DNA from: Octopus sinensis
Taxonomy: Eukaryota
Assembly (NCBI RefSeq): GCF_006345805.1
Contig: NC_042998.1
Coordinates: 15,004,001-15,068,000, forward strand
DNA: 64,000 nucleotides
Direction: 5' to 3'
Position 1 is the first letter of the stretch; each line of letters starts with the position of its first letter. Shown here piece after piece: positions 11,810 to 25,016 of the stretch. Under the pieces are notes generated by a model that was given only the letters and a program-made list of their open reading frames with translations, searched no databases and was not told the origin of the DNA. Both the position numbers and the translations under genes were made by a program.

Positions 11810-12050
11810 GTAGCTATCTGTCTTTGTGTCTGTGTTTGTCCCCCACCACCACTTGACAACCAGTGTTGGTGTGTTTAGTCCCCGTAACTTAGCGATTCGG
11901 CAGAGGGGCTGATAGAATAAGTACGACGTTTAAAAAAAAGAAACAAACAAATCTTGGAGTCGACTTGTTTGAATAAAACCCCTCAATGCGGTGCCCCAGC
12001 ATGACCGCGCAGTCAAATAAGTGAAACAAGCAAAAGATAAAAAGTAAAAG
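11810..12050 (+). mobile_element. SINE family A, diverged 3' half
   Basis: GTGTTTGTCCCC..GCGGTGCCCCAGCATGACCGC..GTGAAACAAG. Confidence 0.75.
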
Positions 12051-12095
12051 AAAAAAAATATATATACAAAAGAAAAAAATATATATATATATATA

Positions 12096-12470
12096 GGCGC
12101 AGGAGTGGCCGTGTGGTAAGTAGCTTGTTTACCAACCACATGGCTCCGGGTTCAGTCCCACTGCGTGGGACCTTGGGCAAGTGTCTTCTACTATAGCCTT
12201 GGACCGACCAAAGCCTTGTGAGTGGATTTGGTAGAAGGAAACTGAAAGAAGCCCGTCGTATATATGTATATATATATATATGCGTGTGTGTGTGTGTCTG
12301 TGTTTATCCCCCCTAGCATTGCTTGACAACCGATGCTGGTGTGTTTATGTCCCCGTTACTTAGCGGTTCGGCAAAAAGAGACCGATAGAATAAGTACTGG
12401 GCTTACAAAAGATTAAGTCCCGGGGTCGAGTTGCTCGATTAAAGGCGGTGCTCCTGCATGGCCGCAGTCA
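12096..12470 (+). mobile_element. SINE family A
   Basis: Full head-to-tail match to 1132-1552. Confidence 0.9.
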
Positions 12471-12474
12471 GATA

Positions 12475-12522
<48 letters not shown>

Positions 12523-12739
12523 AAGAATTATATATATATATCGCACGAAAAGAGAAGGACGTGAGGGTCATGGTCAGTATGCCTTGGATCATAATCCTGG
12601 TGGATCGATGTTGACATGATAGGATGAAGCAACAACAATGCACAGAAAAAAACAACAGGTTTTGAATTACAAACGACATGTGTTGACATGTAACTTGCAT
12701 ACTGCAGTAAATATTGCTCTCATCTCCACCTGCATAATC

Positions 12740-13115
12740 CCCAACACCACCCTACCACCACCACCACCACCCACCCACCAACCACCCCACACAACAACAC
12801 CACCACCACCACCACCACCACCACCACACCACCACCACCACCACCACCACCACCACCACACCCCCACCACCACCAACCACACCACCACCACCACCACCAC
12901 CACCACCACCACCACCACCACCACAACCACCACCACAACCACCACCACCCCACCACCACCACCACCACCACCACCACCACCACCACCACCACCACCACCA
13001 CCACCACCACCACCACCACCACCACCACAACCACCACCACCACCACCACCACCACCACCACAACCACCACCACCACCACCACCACAACCACCACCACCAC
13101 CACCACAACAACCAA
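12740..13115. repeat. (CCA)n/(CAA) trinucleotide array
   Basis: Directly visible; source of the poly-P/T/H/V/W ORFs. Confidence 0.95.
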
Positions 13116-13204
13116 TAACTCCCTACCTACCTACTTAACCAATACAACCGCAAAGATAACGATGAAAACCAGCCCCACAGCCGCCAGCACTATTACGCAC
13201 ACCG

Positions 13205-13730
<526 letters not shown>

Positions 13731-13929
13731 TTCTGACTTCAGGCAGAGATCAGAAGTCAGAGGTCAGACGTTAGACACTAGAGGGATAGTAGGGGAGATA
13801 ACAGGGTCAAGTATTCCAAACCGAAGGTGACCCCAACACGAAGGTGCGTGTGTGTATAAGAGAGTATGTATGTGCGTGTGAAAGAGGGCTGGTGGTCTAG
13901 ACGTGTGTATGTATGTGTGGGTGTGGAGA

Positions 13930-13999
<70 letters not shown>

Positions 14000-14053
14000 C
14001 CTCTTTTCCCTCTCTCTCACTGTATAAACACAAATACGTACATACATGCATAT

Positions 14054-14403
14054 ATGATTTGGGATAGAGAAGAGAAACTGTGAACAGTTGTGGAAATTAG
14101 CTGCCCAGCGGAATTTAACATCTATGCTGAACTATTGAGAGATCTACAGTTCAGGTATATACCTGTAATTACTGGGGCCCTGGGATATTTGACACGCTGC
14201 CTCAATACAAATCTTGAGAAATTAGGCTTCTCAAAACAAGAAAGGAGAAAGCTAATTCAAAGACTACAGATCCAATCCGTCAATGGAAGTGTAAAAATCT
14301 GTAAAACTTTCCAGAAGTTTATCATTTAAATATATATGAGCATGTCTAGATATGTAACTTTATGCATGAGAATACATACATAAAACATTCAAATCTGCAC
14401 ATA
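14054..14403 (+). mobile_element. Restriction-like-endonuclease non-LTR retrotransposon (CRE/NeSL-like) 3' fragment
   Basis: IWDREEKL*TVVEISCPA..YAELLRDLQ..IPVITGALGYL..GSVKICKTFQKFII* resembles an RLE C-terminus. Short 3'UTR followed by (TACA)n. Confidence 0.65.
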
Positions 14404-14434
14404 GATACATACATACAATACATACATACATACA

Positions 14435-14466
<32 letters not shown>

Positions 14467-14492
14467 CATACATACATACATACATACATACA

Positions 14493-14524
<32 letters not shown>

Positions 14525-14586
14525 CATATATATATATATATATAAAAATCTTAGAGCGAGTTATAAACAGTAGCTGCAACACATCG

Positions 14587-14864
14587 TGCCATTTAAATAT
14601 GACTAATCCCTAAGGGTGGATGGTACTGTAGTTTGTAGCCCCAGGAGGATACCTCCTCCAGCTGGCTATAGACACACTTTCTGTGCACTATCAGTTATTT
14701 GCAAAGGGAAGCCATCCTTCCCGTCTCCAACTTATGATACACACGGACTCGAGATTCTGGTAGGGCACGGAAAGTGTGTCTATAGCCAGCTGGAGGAGGT
14801 GTCCTCCTGGGGCTACAAACTACAGTAGCACCCACCCTTAGGGGTTAGCCATATATAAATGGCA
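14587..14864. mobile_element. MITE-like element with ~100-bp terminal inverted repeats
   Basis: Left ..GTAGTTTGTAGCCCCAGGAGGATACCTCCTCCAGCTGGCTATAGACACACTTTC is the reverse complement of the right arm. No TSD identified. Confidence 0.7.
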
Positions 14865-14945
14865 AATATACCTCACTATTTACACTGATAAACCATTAAT
14901 GTTCCCATTCACATACATAAAACATACAAATCTGCACATACATAC

Positions 14946-14976
<31 letters not shown>

Positions 14977-15165
14977 CATACATACATACATACATACATA
15001 CATACATACTTACATACATAAATACATACATATATATACATACGTATATATATATATATATATAAATCTTAGAGCGAGTATATACATGTATATACAAAAG
15101 CCTAACTTTATACATCTCGTATACTTGCTATCAAACAACAAATCTATCGCTAATTTTTTATATAT

Positions 15166-15209
<44 letters not shown>

Positions 15210-15624
15210 TATATATATATAAGGTGAAAGCCTATATGCAGTGTCTTTACGTACAAGAAAGAGCAGACACATCTTACATTAGTAAAACAGCTAACAGCAT
15301 AAAAAAAAATTAAAATGCCGGATGATATGGTTCCCGGTTCACATCAAATAAAGAAGAAAAGAGCAGATTGGTCACAAATGAGATGCGATTTGATGTATTT
15401 GATGTTTGTTCTCTTTGACCAAGGCAAAAGAGAGGGAGGCTTGACCGCTATTTCTAGCAAAATGATTGCGCAGAGGCTCATTCATCCTTGAGATTGTTTT
15501 TGTTGGTTCCCAGGTTAGTCACGCAGCAACTTCAAGCGTTAGCGTCATCAAACTCCCCCCAGTCGTAATCACGACGAATGTACTACTATCGGTCGACCGA
15601 AGCCAGTTCTTACCTAAAAACTAC

Positions 15625-16765
15625 AACCACCACCACCACCACCACAATCACCACCACCATGACTGACACCACCTCCACTACCAGACCCCCCCCCCGATTC
15701 GAGCAGCAATGACCACAGAATCACGCATCAACCACAAACTACAGATAACAGCACCTACTGAATCACCTCTACAAACATCACGACTGTAAGCGATAGCATA
15801 AACAAGTACAACTGTCACCGGTAGTAACAAAACCACCGGCACCACCACCACCACCCACCCCCAAACCACCACCACCACCACCACCACACAATTACCACCA
15901 CAACCACCACCATCACCATCACTACAAGCACTACCAACACCATCACCACCACCACCACCACAACCACCACCACACAATTACCACCACAACCACCACCATC
16001 ACCATCACTACAAGCACTACCAACACCATCACCACCACCACCACCACAACCACCACCACCGCCATCGCCGTCACCACCACCACCACCACCACCACCACCA
16101 CAACCACACAACCACCACCATCACCACCACCACCACCACACCATCACTACCACCATCACCACACCACCACCACCGCCACCATCACCACAACCACCACCAC
16201 CACCACCATCAGCAGCACTACCACCACAACCACCACCATCACCATCACTACAAGCACTACCACCACCATCACCACCACCACCACCACAACCACCACCACC
16301 ACCACACCATCACCACCACCACACCATCACTACCACCATCACCACACCACCACCACCGCCACCATCACCACAACCACCACCACCACCACCATCAGCAGCA
16401 CTACCACCACAACCACCACCACCACCACCACCACCACCACCACCACACAATTACCACCACAACCACCACCATCACCATCACTACAAGCACCACCACCACC
16501 ACAACCACCACCACCGCCGTCACCACCACCACCACCACCACCACAACCACACAACCACCACCATCACCACCACCACCACCACCACCACCACCGCCACCAT
16601 CACCACAACCACCACCACCACCACCATCAGCAGCACCACCACCACAACCACCACCATCACCATCACTACAACCACTACCACCACCATCACCACCACCACC
16701 ACCAACAGTAGCAGCAGCAGCAGCACCACCACCATCACCACCCAAACTACCACCACCACCACCAC
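15625..16765. repeat. (ACC)n-based compound minisatellite with higher-order blocks
   Basis: Blocks such as ACAATTACCACCACAACC..CACTACAAGCACTACC and ATCAGCAGCACTACC recur. Confidence 0.9.
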
Positions 16766-17129
16766 GAAGTTCATCTTTTACTGCTACATATATCTTTCCC
16801 CGCCCGGCGTGCAAACACACAAACGTCAAACAAATCCATCGATCCAGCAATTCTCCGTATCCCATGGTTACGATTTTCTGAAGTAAACATGATTTTGCCC
16901 GTAAAAAATCAATGTTATCTGTTGACATCTTTTTGTTTAGCTACTGTTTTGCTGCTTAGCGCAAAAATCGATACATGTATTGCATATGTAGCTATATATA
17001 CGTACACAAACACACACACACATGCACATACATATATGAATATATTTACATACAAATATTTACGTATGCACATACAGATATTTATATGTATATATATATA
17101 TATACATACATAAATTTTATTCTTTTACT

Positions 17130-17279
17130 GGTTTCAGCTGTTTGACTGAGGCCATGCTGGAGACACCAGCATAAGTCGAACCAATCGACCCCCAGGACTT
17201 ATTCTTTCATAACCTTGTACTTATTCTATCGGTCTCTTTCAGGAACGTAAAGACACCTTCTTACATCTCTCTCGCTCTG

Positions 17280-17322
<43 letters not shown>

Positions 17323-17323
17323 A

Positions 17324-17357
<34 letters not shown>

Positions 17358-17389
17358 AATATATATATATATATATAATATATATATTA

Positions 17390-17431
<42 letters not shown>

Positions 17432-17526
17432 GTATAATATATATATATGTATATGTACATATAATAATATATGTATAATAATATATATGTATATATACAT
17501 ATAATATATATAATATATATATATTA

Positions 17527-17568
<42 letters not shown>

Positions 17569-17720
17569 GCAACGGGTTTCAGTTACCGTCTACCTCTCAC
17601 AATGCTCTGTTGCTCGGCTCGAGGCTATCGTGGAAGACAGTAGGCCAAGATGCCTCGCAGTGGGATTGAACCCAGAACCATGTGGTTGGAAAGCAAGCTT
17701 TTTACCACACAGCCACGCTT
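17130..17720 (-). mobile_element. SINE family A fragments (tail ~17130-17255, head ~17570-17720) separated by microsatellite
   Basis: Diverged matches to the family A tail and head. Confidence 0.65.
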
Positions 17721-17732
17721 ATATATGTATGT

Positions 17733-17764
<32 letters not shown>

Positions 17765-17798
17765 CACACACACACACACACACAACACACACACACAA

Positions 17799-17848
<50 letters not shown>

Positions 17849-18223
17849 TGGCAACATAGCTATCCTTTATACCATATACATCACATATGTTTTCACGCAC
17901 ACATATATTTATGAGTGTGTGTTTGTGTTAGTGTCTGTCAGTGCGTGTGTAATCATACACATCCAGCAACACACATCTGCATACGCATACAAGTCCATAC
18001 ATTCGCATGTATAAATTTTATATTCATGATCGTATACACACGTGTGTAAGTGAATGATTTCGTTTCATATATTTATGTATGCTGTCGTTAGAGAAGATGT
18101 TAGACATAGCTTTGTTATCGAAATATATAAACAGTTATATAAACATATATACGCTCATAAACACTGTGTGTATATCCACGCATGTATCTCACTTTCTTTG
18201 CTTACATAAAGTATATTTAAATG

Positions 18224-18321
<98 letters not shown>

Positions 18322-18322
<1 letters not shown>

Positions 18323-18763
18323 CTGCTCAATACCACAGATTTGCTTGTCAGTTGATTGACCTTAACCAGTTGAGCATGTCCCTTAGTGGCTGACGATATG
18401 TGCATCTCTGATCACGATCAGAAGTAGTGGGGGAGCATCATAGCCATGTGTTGAGAGGGATTCTTTGAGGTTTGAATAATTCACCTCTGGAAACATGGGT
18501 GGTTCTTTCAACATTCTTAAACAACCCTTATTCAGGGACCTTTTAAGCGGGATGGGCTACTCGACCTGAAGAAAATTCTAACTGGGCCCCACCTGCAAGG
18601 TCATGCGCTGTTTACCTTGATACGAGATCACCATGTCGCGCACATATGGTTGTGATGCATGTGCCTGGTGTACCCTTATCAGACGAGTAGTCATGATGGG
18701 TATATTGGGCTTCGTATATTTTACCCCAGTGTCACTTTGATAGCATGAACTGCTCTCTCACTC
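18322..18763. mobile_element. Unclassified ~440-bp element embedded in (TAA)n
   Basis: Higher-GC complex sequence with sharp boundaries inside a pure (TAA)n array on both sides. Confidence 0.55.
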
Positions 18764-18779
18764 AATAATAATAATAATG

Positions 18780-18825
<46 letters not shown>

Positions 18826-19027
18826 CAATAATAAAAATAGTAATAATAGAGAATCGCAAATTTCATTTACAATATATATTTTAATTGTACTAAACAGCTG
18901 TTTCATTAAGATAAACATTATTAAATGTACAATTTAAAAGCTGTCATATACTGGAATGCACATAAATATACACGCAAATATACGGCGAGAGGGAGATATT
19001 CCAGCATATACACGCATATATATATAT

Positions 19028-19300
19028 ATGGTTAGGGCAGCAGACTCGCGGTCGTAGGATCGCGGTTTCGATTCCCAGACCGGGCGTTGTGAGTGTTTAT
19101 TGAGCGAAAACACCTAAACTTCCACGAGGCTCCGGCAGGAGGTGGTGGCGATCCCTGCTGTACTCTATCACCGCAACTTTCTCTCACACTTTCTTCTGTT
19201 GGCCTGCTCGCTTAGCCAGCGGGGTGGCGTCATTCGAAGGCTAAAACAATGCGAAGCGCATTGTGACCAGCGATGTGTAGCAACATCTGATGGCCTGGTT
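19028..19300 (+). mobile_element. SINE family B, tail type ii
   Basis: Head and body match 568-955; after ACTTTCTCTCAC the 3' sequence is different. Confidence 0.8.
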
Positions 19301-19614
19301 TAATATATATATATATATATATATATTCAAACTACGATGAAAGTAAACAAAGGTTGCTTTAGAAGCGTTGAGATGCATTGAAAGATACAGATACGGAAGT
19401 AAGTTATTTTCAAATGCAGAATAATGCTAACAGAATAGCAAGAAGGGGATAAAATATCCATATTTTACAGAAAATTTTGCCAGCGGCCAGCCATGAGGCT
19501 TGAACGCACATCCCTGTGATTACCGGTCACGGTGCTTTACCATTAAGCTAAACTAAATTACTTCCTTTGAAAGATACTGAGAAGGAAGTAATGTGACCGC
19601 GTGTGTACCGTTGC

Positions 19615-20040
19615 GATTTTATTTCCTCTGTCTTCCCTTCTCTGGATCTTTCCTTCTCCTATCTTTCCGTCGAAGAGCTCCGCTCGAAACGTTAAACCAT
19701 CCTTCTTTCCTTCTTTCCTGAGCGTCCAATAATACTATATTTGTTCGACGTCCTCGCGTTGTTGTGTTTTTCTGTTGTGCTTTCATGTTTGGATTAGCTT
19801 TATATATATATATATATATATATATGGACCATTTTATCATGTTGTTCAAACGTTAGTCTCTACACATCTTTCTCTCTGCTTTTTGGCCCTCTAAATCCTT
19901 TCTGTCGAGAAGTGTAGGCTCGAACTGCCAAAGACTTTCCCATTCTCCCCGAGCATCAAACAAATACCTCTGTTTGTTGTTCCTTTGTTCCTTCGCCTGT
20001 CTTCGTCTTTTGTTTTCGGTAAATTTGAACTACATATACA
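19615..20040 (+). mobile_element. Two putative PLE-terminus fragments with hammerhead-like motifs
   Basis: CCGTCGAAGAGCTCCGCTCGAAACGTT at 19667-19693 and a degenerate CTGTCGAG..GCTCGAA at ~19900. Both end at TA-rich microsatellite. Confidence 0.5.
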
Positions 20041-20071
20041 TATAAGTGATATATACTCATTAGACAAAATA

Positions 20072-20116
<45 letters not shown>

Positions 20117-20371
20117 ACACGCACGCACACACACACACACATACAAACATACACAGATACACACACACCACACATACATATATATATTTATGTACACACA
20201 TACACAAATACATTCATTTTTATATACACATGCTCTCACATATCTACACACTATATATGTGATTATGTGTGTATATATGTGTGTGTGTGTTTGTACACCA
20301 TAGAAACCGGGAAACTGGGCCCATGAGCCTGGCTAGGCTTGAACAGTATTGGGACACTTTAACTCCTATTT

Positions 20372-20803
20372 CTAGCAATGTCCGTGTTATTCACACCCTC
20401 AGTCAGGTTTAGTTGACGCTTATAATTTTCTTTTACGGGATAACGTTGCAAAGCTGCCATTTTAATTAATTTTTTGCATACACATTTGCGATCTGTTAAA
20501 TCACCTCTATATTTTCATGGTGACTGTATATACCGTGATAGGCGAGGTAGCTCGGAATCAACCGAACGAGCCGGCTTTACTGAAGATGGCAACGGAAATT
20601 GCCGGACCTGGCCGGTTATTGTAAGGAATTATCAGTTCGGTGTTCGGGGCCGTTGCAAGCCCTGACAAAATGTTATACGCTTTATAACAGCATTGGCATT
20701 GGTGCACTTTAGCTCCTATTTGTTGCAATGTAGGTGGTATTCACACCCTTAGTCAAGTTTGGTTGACTATAATTTTCTTTTACGGTATAACGTTAGAAAC
20801 AGC

Positions 20804-20805
<2 letters not shown>
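20372..20805 (+). repeat. Diverged ~100-bp direct repeats (~20372-20460, ~20706-20805) around a decayed hammerhead-like core; PLE pseudo-LTR-like remnant
   Basis: CTCCTATTT..ATTCACACCCT.AGTCA..TATAATTTTCTTTTACGG.ATAACGTT occurs twice. CTGAAGA-T-GGCAA..TTGCC at 20580-20603. Confidence 0.5.
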
Positions 20806-20841
<36 letters not shown>

Positions 20842-21549
20842 TATTATTATATTATATATGTATATATAGTTAAAGGATTAAAATTAATCAAAGGACATTC
20901 TAAGTATGTCTACCTGTTGGAAATAAATAATTAATGATATTTTCGCAAATTAAATACGTACATACATACATAGATACATACATACATACATACATACATA
21001 CATACATACATACATACATACATACATACATACATAATACATATATATATATGTGGTGTGTGTGTGTGTATATATATGTATATATATATGTATATATGTA
21101 TATATATGTATATTCATGAATTGGTTTGCGTATATCTCTCTCTGTATATACTCTTAGACCTACCATCCACAAATACATATATATGCACACGCACACATAC
21201 ATCAATACTTAAGTTGCTTATATGCGTCTTCAAATATAATTAAATATTCAACTGAAAAAAAAAGAAGTAATTTCAAATTTAAAATAAGACAAATAAAAAT
21301 ACGAACTATAGAACATACAAAAATATATTTATATGTTCATATGTGTTGACGTATACATTTAGACGAACAAAATATATAGTAAATAACTTAAGTATAGAGA
21401 TAAATTTAAATGTTAAATTTTTAGTTAAACCAATAATATAAACTAAAAATCTCATTGTAATAATATTAAGATTGCAGTTCTGATTATGAATGCCAGTTAT
21501 TCTATGAAAAGAAAGATGATGTATTTTTACCTGTTCGTTTATTGTAAGT

Positions 21550-22582
21550 AGAGACGCTATTATCTGATATATGTCTGTTGCTCACACAGAGATAGCTCTG
21601 TAACTCATCGCCTCTTGTTTTACGGAAACTGCTCTGCATTTTGGCCTAGAAAACACAAATCCTCCAGCAACCCTCATTACAGCATTATTAACACCTCTCT
21701 TTCATTATCGTCGGGGTGATTGAATTAAAGTCAGTTCTCCTACCTGGGGTGGATCATCCTATCAAATATGCTATCATCAACAAGGAAGTCGACAATAAGT
21801 TGACCAAGACAAACAGTGTCCGAAACAATAACTATCTGAAGAAAGGGACCAAGATCAATGTGTACAGAGGAGTTGCTCTGACCCCACCTCTTGTATGGCT
21901 CAGAATCGCGGATCATCTATCGGCACCACCTACGATTCCTTGTTTGATTCCATCAGTTATGCCTTTGCATCATCATCCGCATCCACTGGAGTGACTTTGT
22001 TACTAACATCGAAGTCCTAAAGCAGGTAAAGGTCAGCAGCAGCAGCAGCAGCAGCGAAGCTACTCTGCTGACCACACCGATACACTTGGATAAACAGGCT
22101 CAAGGATGGAGGATCACCGACTTCCCAAGAACTCTACCGTGATAGAGGAGCACAAAAAGGGTGTACAAAGACCGCCTAAAGAAATTCTACGGAGCCTGTT
22201 ACATTGATCACTGCCAGTAATCTGTTCTTGCTACTGACCGTGAAGGCTGACCTTTCACTGTCCTCCGGACAACAGCCTCCCTTGAAGACACCCACGGGAC
22301 AATCCTTGTAGACACCCACAGGACAATCCTTGAAGACACCCACAGGATAATCCTTGAAGACACCCACAGGACAATCCTTGAAGACACCCACAGGAGAATC
22401 CTTGTAGACAACAAGAAAACCAAGGCAAATGCGACCAATCTTCACCAACCTATCTTCCCATGCAGCCTCAGCGGTCTTGGCTGATTGTCTCGAATCGGAC
22501 TTGTCAGGCATTAGCAAGTCTGAAGCAGACTTGGAAATCCCACTCCGTAAATCTTCGCCTGGAAAACCAAGCCAAGCCAAGA
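21550..22582 (+). mobile_element. RTE (BovB-like) LINE 3' relic, heavily degenerate
   Basis: Broken-frame peptides KEVDNKL.K.NS, LKKGTKINVYR, RMEDHRLPK and LSRIGLV.H match the RTE ORF C-terminus. Confidence 0.7.
22280..22410 (+). repeat. 24-bp tandem repeat (TCCTTGAAGACACCCACAGGACAA, ~5.5 copies) inside the RTE relic
   Basis: Units directly visible with 1-2 substitutions each; no spacers. Confidence 0.9.
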
Positions 22583-22878
22583 ATGTACTCAGATACAGTT
22601 ACGACGGAAATAACAATATGGAAGATAAAGTGTAAACTAAGTATACGTAATTATAAATTTAATTTTCAATGAAATGTTGGTTTTAAATTTTAGCACAAGC
22701 CCATCAAGTTGGAGAGAGAAGTAAGTCGATTATATCGACCCCAGTGCTCAACTCGTAGTTTCAATGAAATATTAATAAAGGGGAAGCGTTTTAGTACTTT
22801 CCAGAATGAAATCTCTCCAGTATATATTGGGAAAAATGAAGAACTTTATAGGATAGAAAGAATCAACGGTAATATATA

Positions 22879-23105
22879 TTTCTTTACTACCCACAAGGGG
22901 CTAAACATAGAGGCGACAAACAAGGACAGACAAAGGGATTAAGTCGATTACATCGACCCCAGTGCGAAACTGGTACTTTATTTATCGACCCCGAAAGGAT
23001 GAAAGGCAAAGACGACCTCGGCGGAATTTGAACTCAGAACGTAACGGCAGACGAAATACTACTAAGCATTTCGCCCAGCGTGCTAACGTTTCTGCCAGCT
23101 CGCCG
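22879..23105 (-). mobile_element. SINE family C monomer
   Basis: Reverse complement matches 44045-44276. Confidence 0.85.
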
Positions 23106-23114
23106 ACTTCTGTT

Positions 23115-23230
23115 TAGTAATGTGGAATAAAGTGTCTTGCTCAAGGACACAACATGCTGCGGGTAACTGAACTCACAACCTCACAATTGTGAGTCAAATG
23201 CCCTAACTTGTAAGCCATGTGCCTTCACAT
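23115..23230 (-). mobile_element. SINE family D head fragment
   Basis: Reverse complement TGTGAAGGCACATGGCTT..TGTGTCCTTGAGCAAGACACTTTATT matches the 2062 copy. Confidence 0.65.
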
Positions 23231-23242
23231 CAACGGTAATAT

Positions 23243-23597
23243 ACTCTTTACTCTTTTAATTGTTTCAGTCATTTGACTGCGGCCATGCTGGAGCACCGCC
23301 TTTAGTCGAGCAAATCGACCCCGGGACTTATTCTTTGTAAGCCCAGTACTTCTTCTATCGGTCTCTTTTGCCGAACCGCTAAGTGACGGGGACGTAAACA
23401 CACCAGCATCGGTTGTCAAGCGATGCTAGGGGGACAAACACACACACATACACATATATACACATATATACATATATACGACAGGCTTCTTTCAGTTTCC
23501 GTCTAAGAAATCCACTCACAAGGCATTGGTCGGCCCGGGGCTATAGCAGAAGAGACTTGCCCAAGATGTCACGCAGTGGGACTGAACCCGGAACCAT
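23243..23597 (-). mobile_element. SINE family A (5'-truncated)
   Basis: Reverse-complement match to family A. Confidence 0.88.
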
Positions 23598-23955
23598 ATG
23601 TATTTAGAAACACAATCACAAATGAATGGCTTTATACGACAGGTTTTGTTTCTTTCGACCAATGCGGAAAAAATTTCAAGGAGTATTTTGCAATTTGACT
23701 CATTCAAATTAATCCTGTTAGCTCTTTTTTCTTCTTATTATCCCTGGTTCGAATTCTGCAGAGGTCGACTTAGCGTCTCATCGTTTCCAGGTCGATAAAA
23801 TTAAACTGAGCACTGGGTCGATAAAATTAAGTAAAATACTGGGGGAAACGTAATCAATTTACCTCTCTCTTAAATTGCTGGCCTTGTGCCAAAATTTGAA
23901 GCCATTTTTATCTCTAGTTCGTTTTAATCGTAATTACGCTAACAACAGTTTTCTA

Positions 23956-24256
23956 GTGGAGCCACAAGGCCTAGTAGTTAGAGCAGCGGACTTGCAGTCG
24001 AGAGATCGCGGGTTCGAATCTCAGACCGGGCGATGTGTGTGTTTATGGGCGAAACACCTAAGCTCCACGCGGCTCCGGCAGAAGGTAGTGGCGAACATCT
24101 GCTGACTCTTTCGCCACAACTTTCTCTCACTCTTTCCTCCTGCATCTTGCAGCTTACCTGCGACGGACCGGCGTCCCGTCCAGGTGAGGAACCTATATAC
24201 GCCAAAGAAACCGGGAAACCGGCCCTTATGAGCCAGGCGTGGCTCGAGAAGGAACA
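23956..24256 (+). mobile_element. SINE family B, tail type iii
   Basis: Shared head. Tail GAAACCGGCCCTTATGAGCCAGG.GTGGCTCGAGAAGG. TSD AACAACAGTT(T/G)TCTA at 23941-23955 and 24257-24271. Confidence 0.85.
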
Positions 24257-24664
24257 AACAACAGTTGTCTAACTGCTTTAAATGTCTATTTGTTTATCAG
24301 CAGGCTTGAGTAGTCCACAATAATAGACGAAGAGTTTTAATATACAAAAACTTATGTTTAGGAATGTCAATTGTCTATAAACAATAATCTGACTGTTCTT
24401 TCCCCAACCATATGAAATAGATCGAGAAATTTATTCTTAATTTCTTCAAATTATCTGTAAAAACACTTGAGAGTCAATAATTAACAATTGGCTTGAGATT
24501 TTGTTAATTTGCTTAAACTCGGAACAAATTTCAGTAAATTAAAAATTCATTGCATTCGTCAATCAGTGCACTAACACCCGTTTAACTTAATTATCCAAAT
24601 TCATAGGTATTAGCTCTTTGAGTAATTTCCTTTACAGGCATACATACATACATACATACATACA

Positions 24665-24980
24665 TACATACATACAGGCACATACATACACACACACAGG
24701 CGTTGGTGTGGCAGCATGGTAAGAAGTTTGTTTCCTAAGCACATGGTTCCTGGTACGAGCCTACTACGAGGCACTACGCATATGTCTTTCACTAAAAGCC
24801 CCAGAGAAACCAAAGGCTTGTTTTGGGATTTGGTAGACGGAAAATGAAAGAAGTCCGTCACATGCATACACACATGCATACATGTAAACACACACACAGG
24901 CACAGACACACGCGCGCGCGCACGAACATACACAAAAATATGCATACATACATACATAAATACATACATACATACATACA

Positions 24981-25016
<36 letters not shown>

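Noticed and set aside
15660-15900. Mucin-like Thr/Pro-rich exon
   Set aside because: Stops in the frames examined and no splice support; blends into the ACC satellite.
22280-22410. CRISPR-like regular repeat
   Set aside because: Contiguous 24-bp units with no unique spacers, no cas genes, eukaryotic context.
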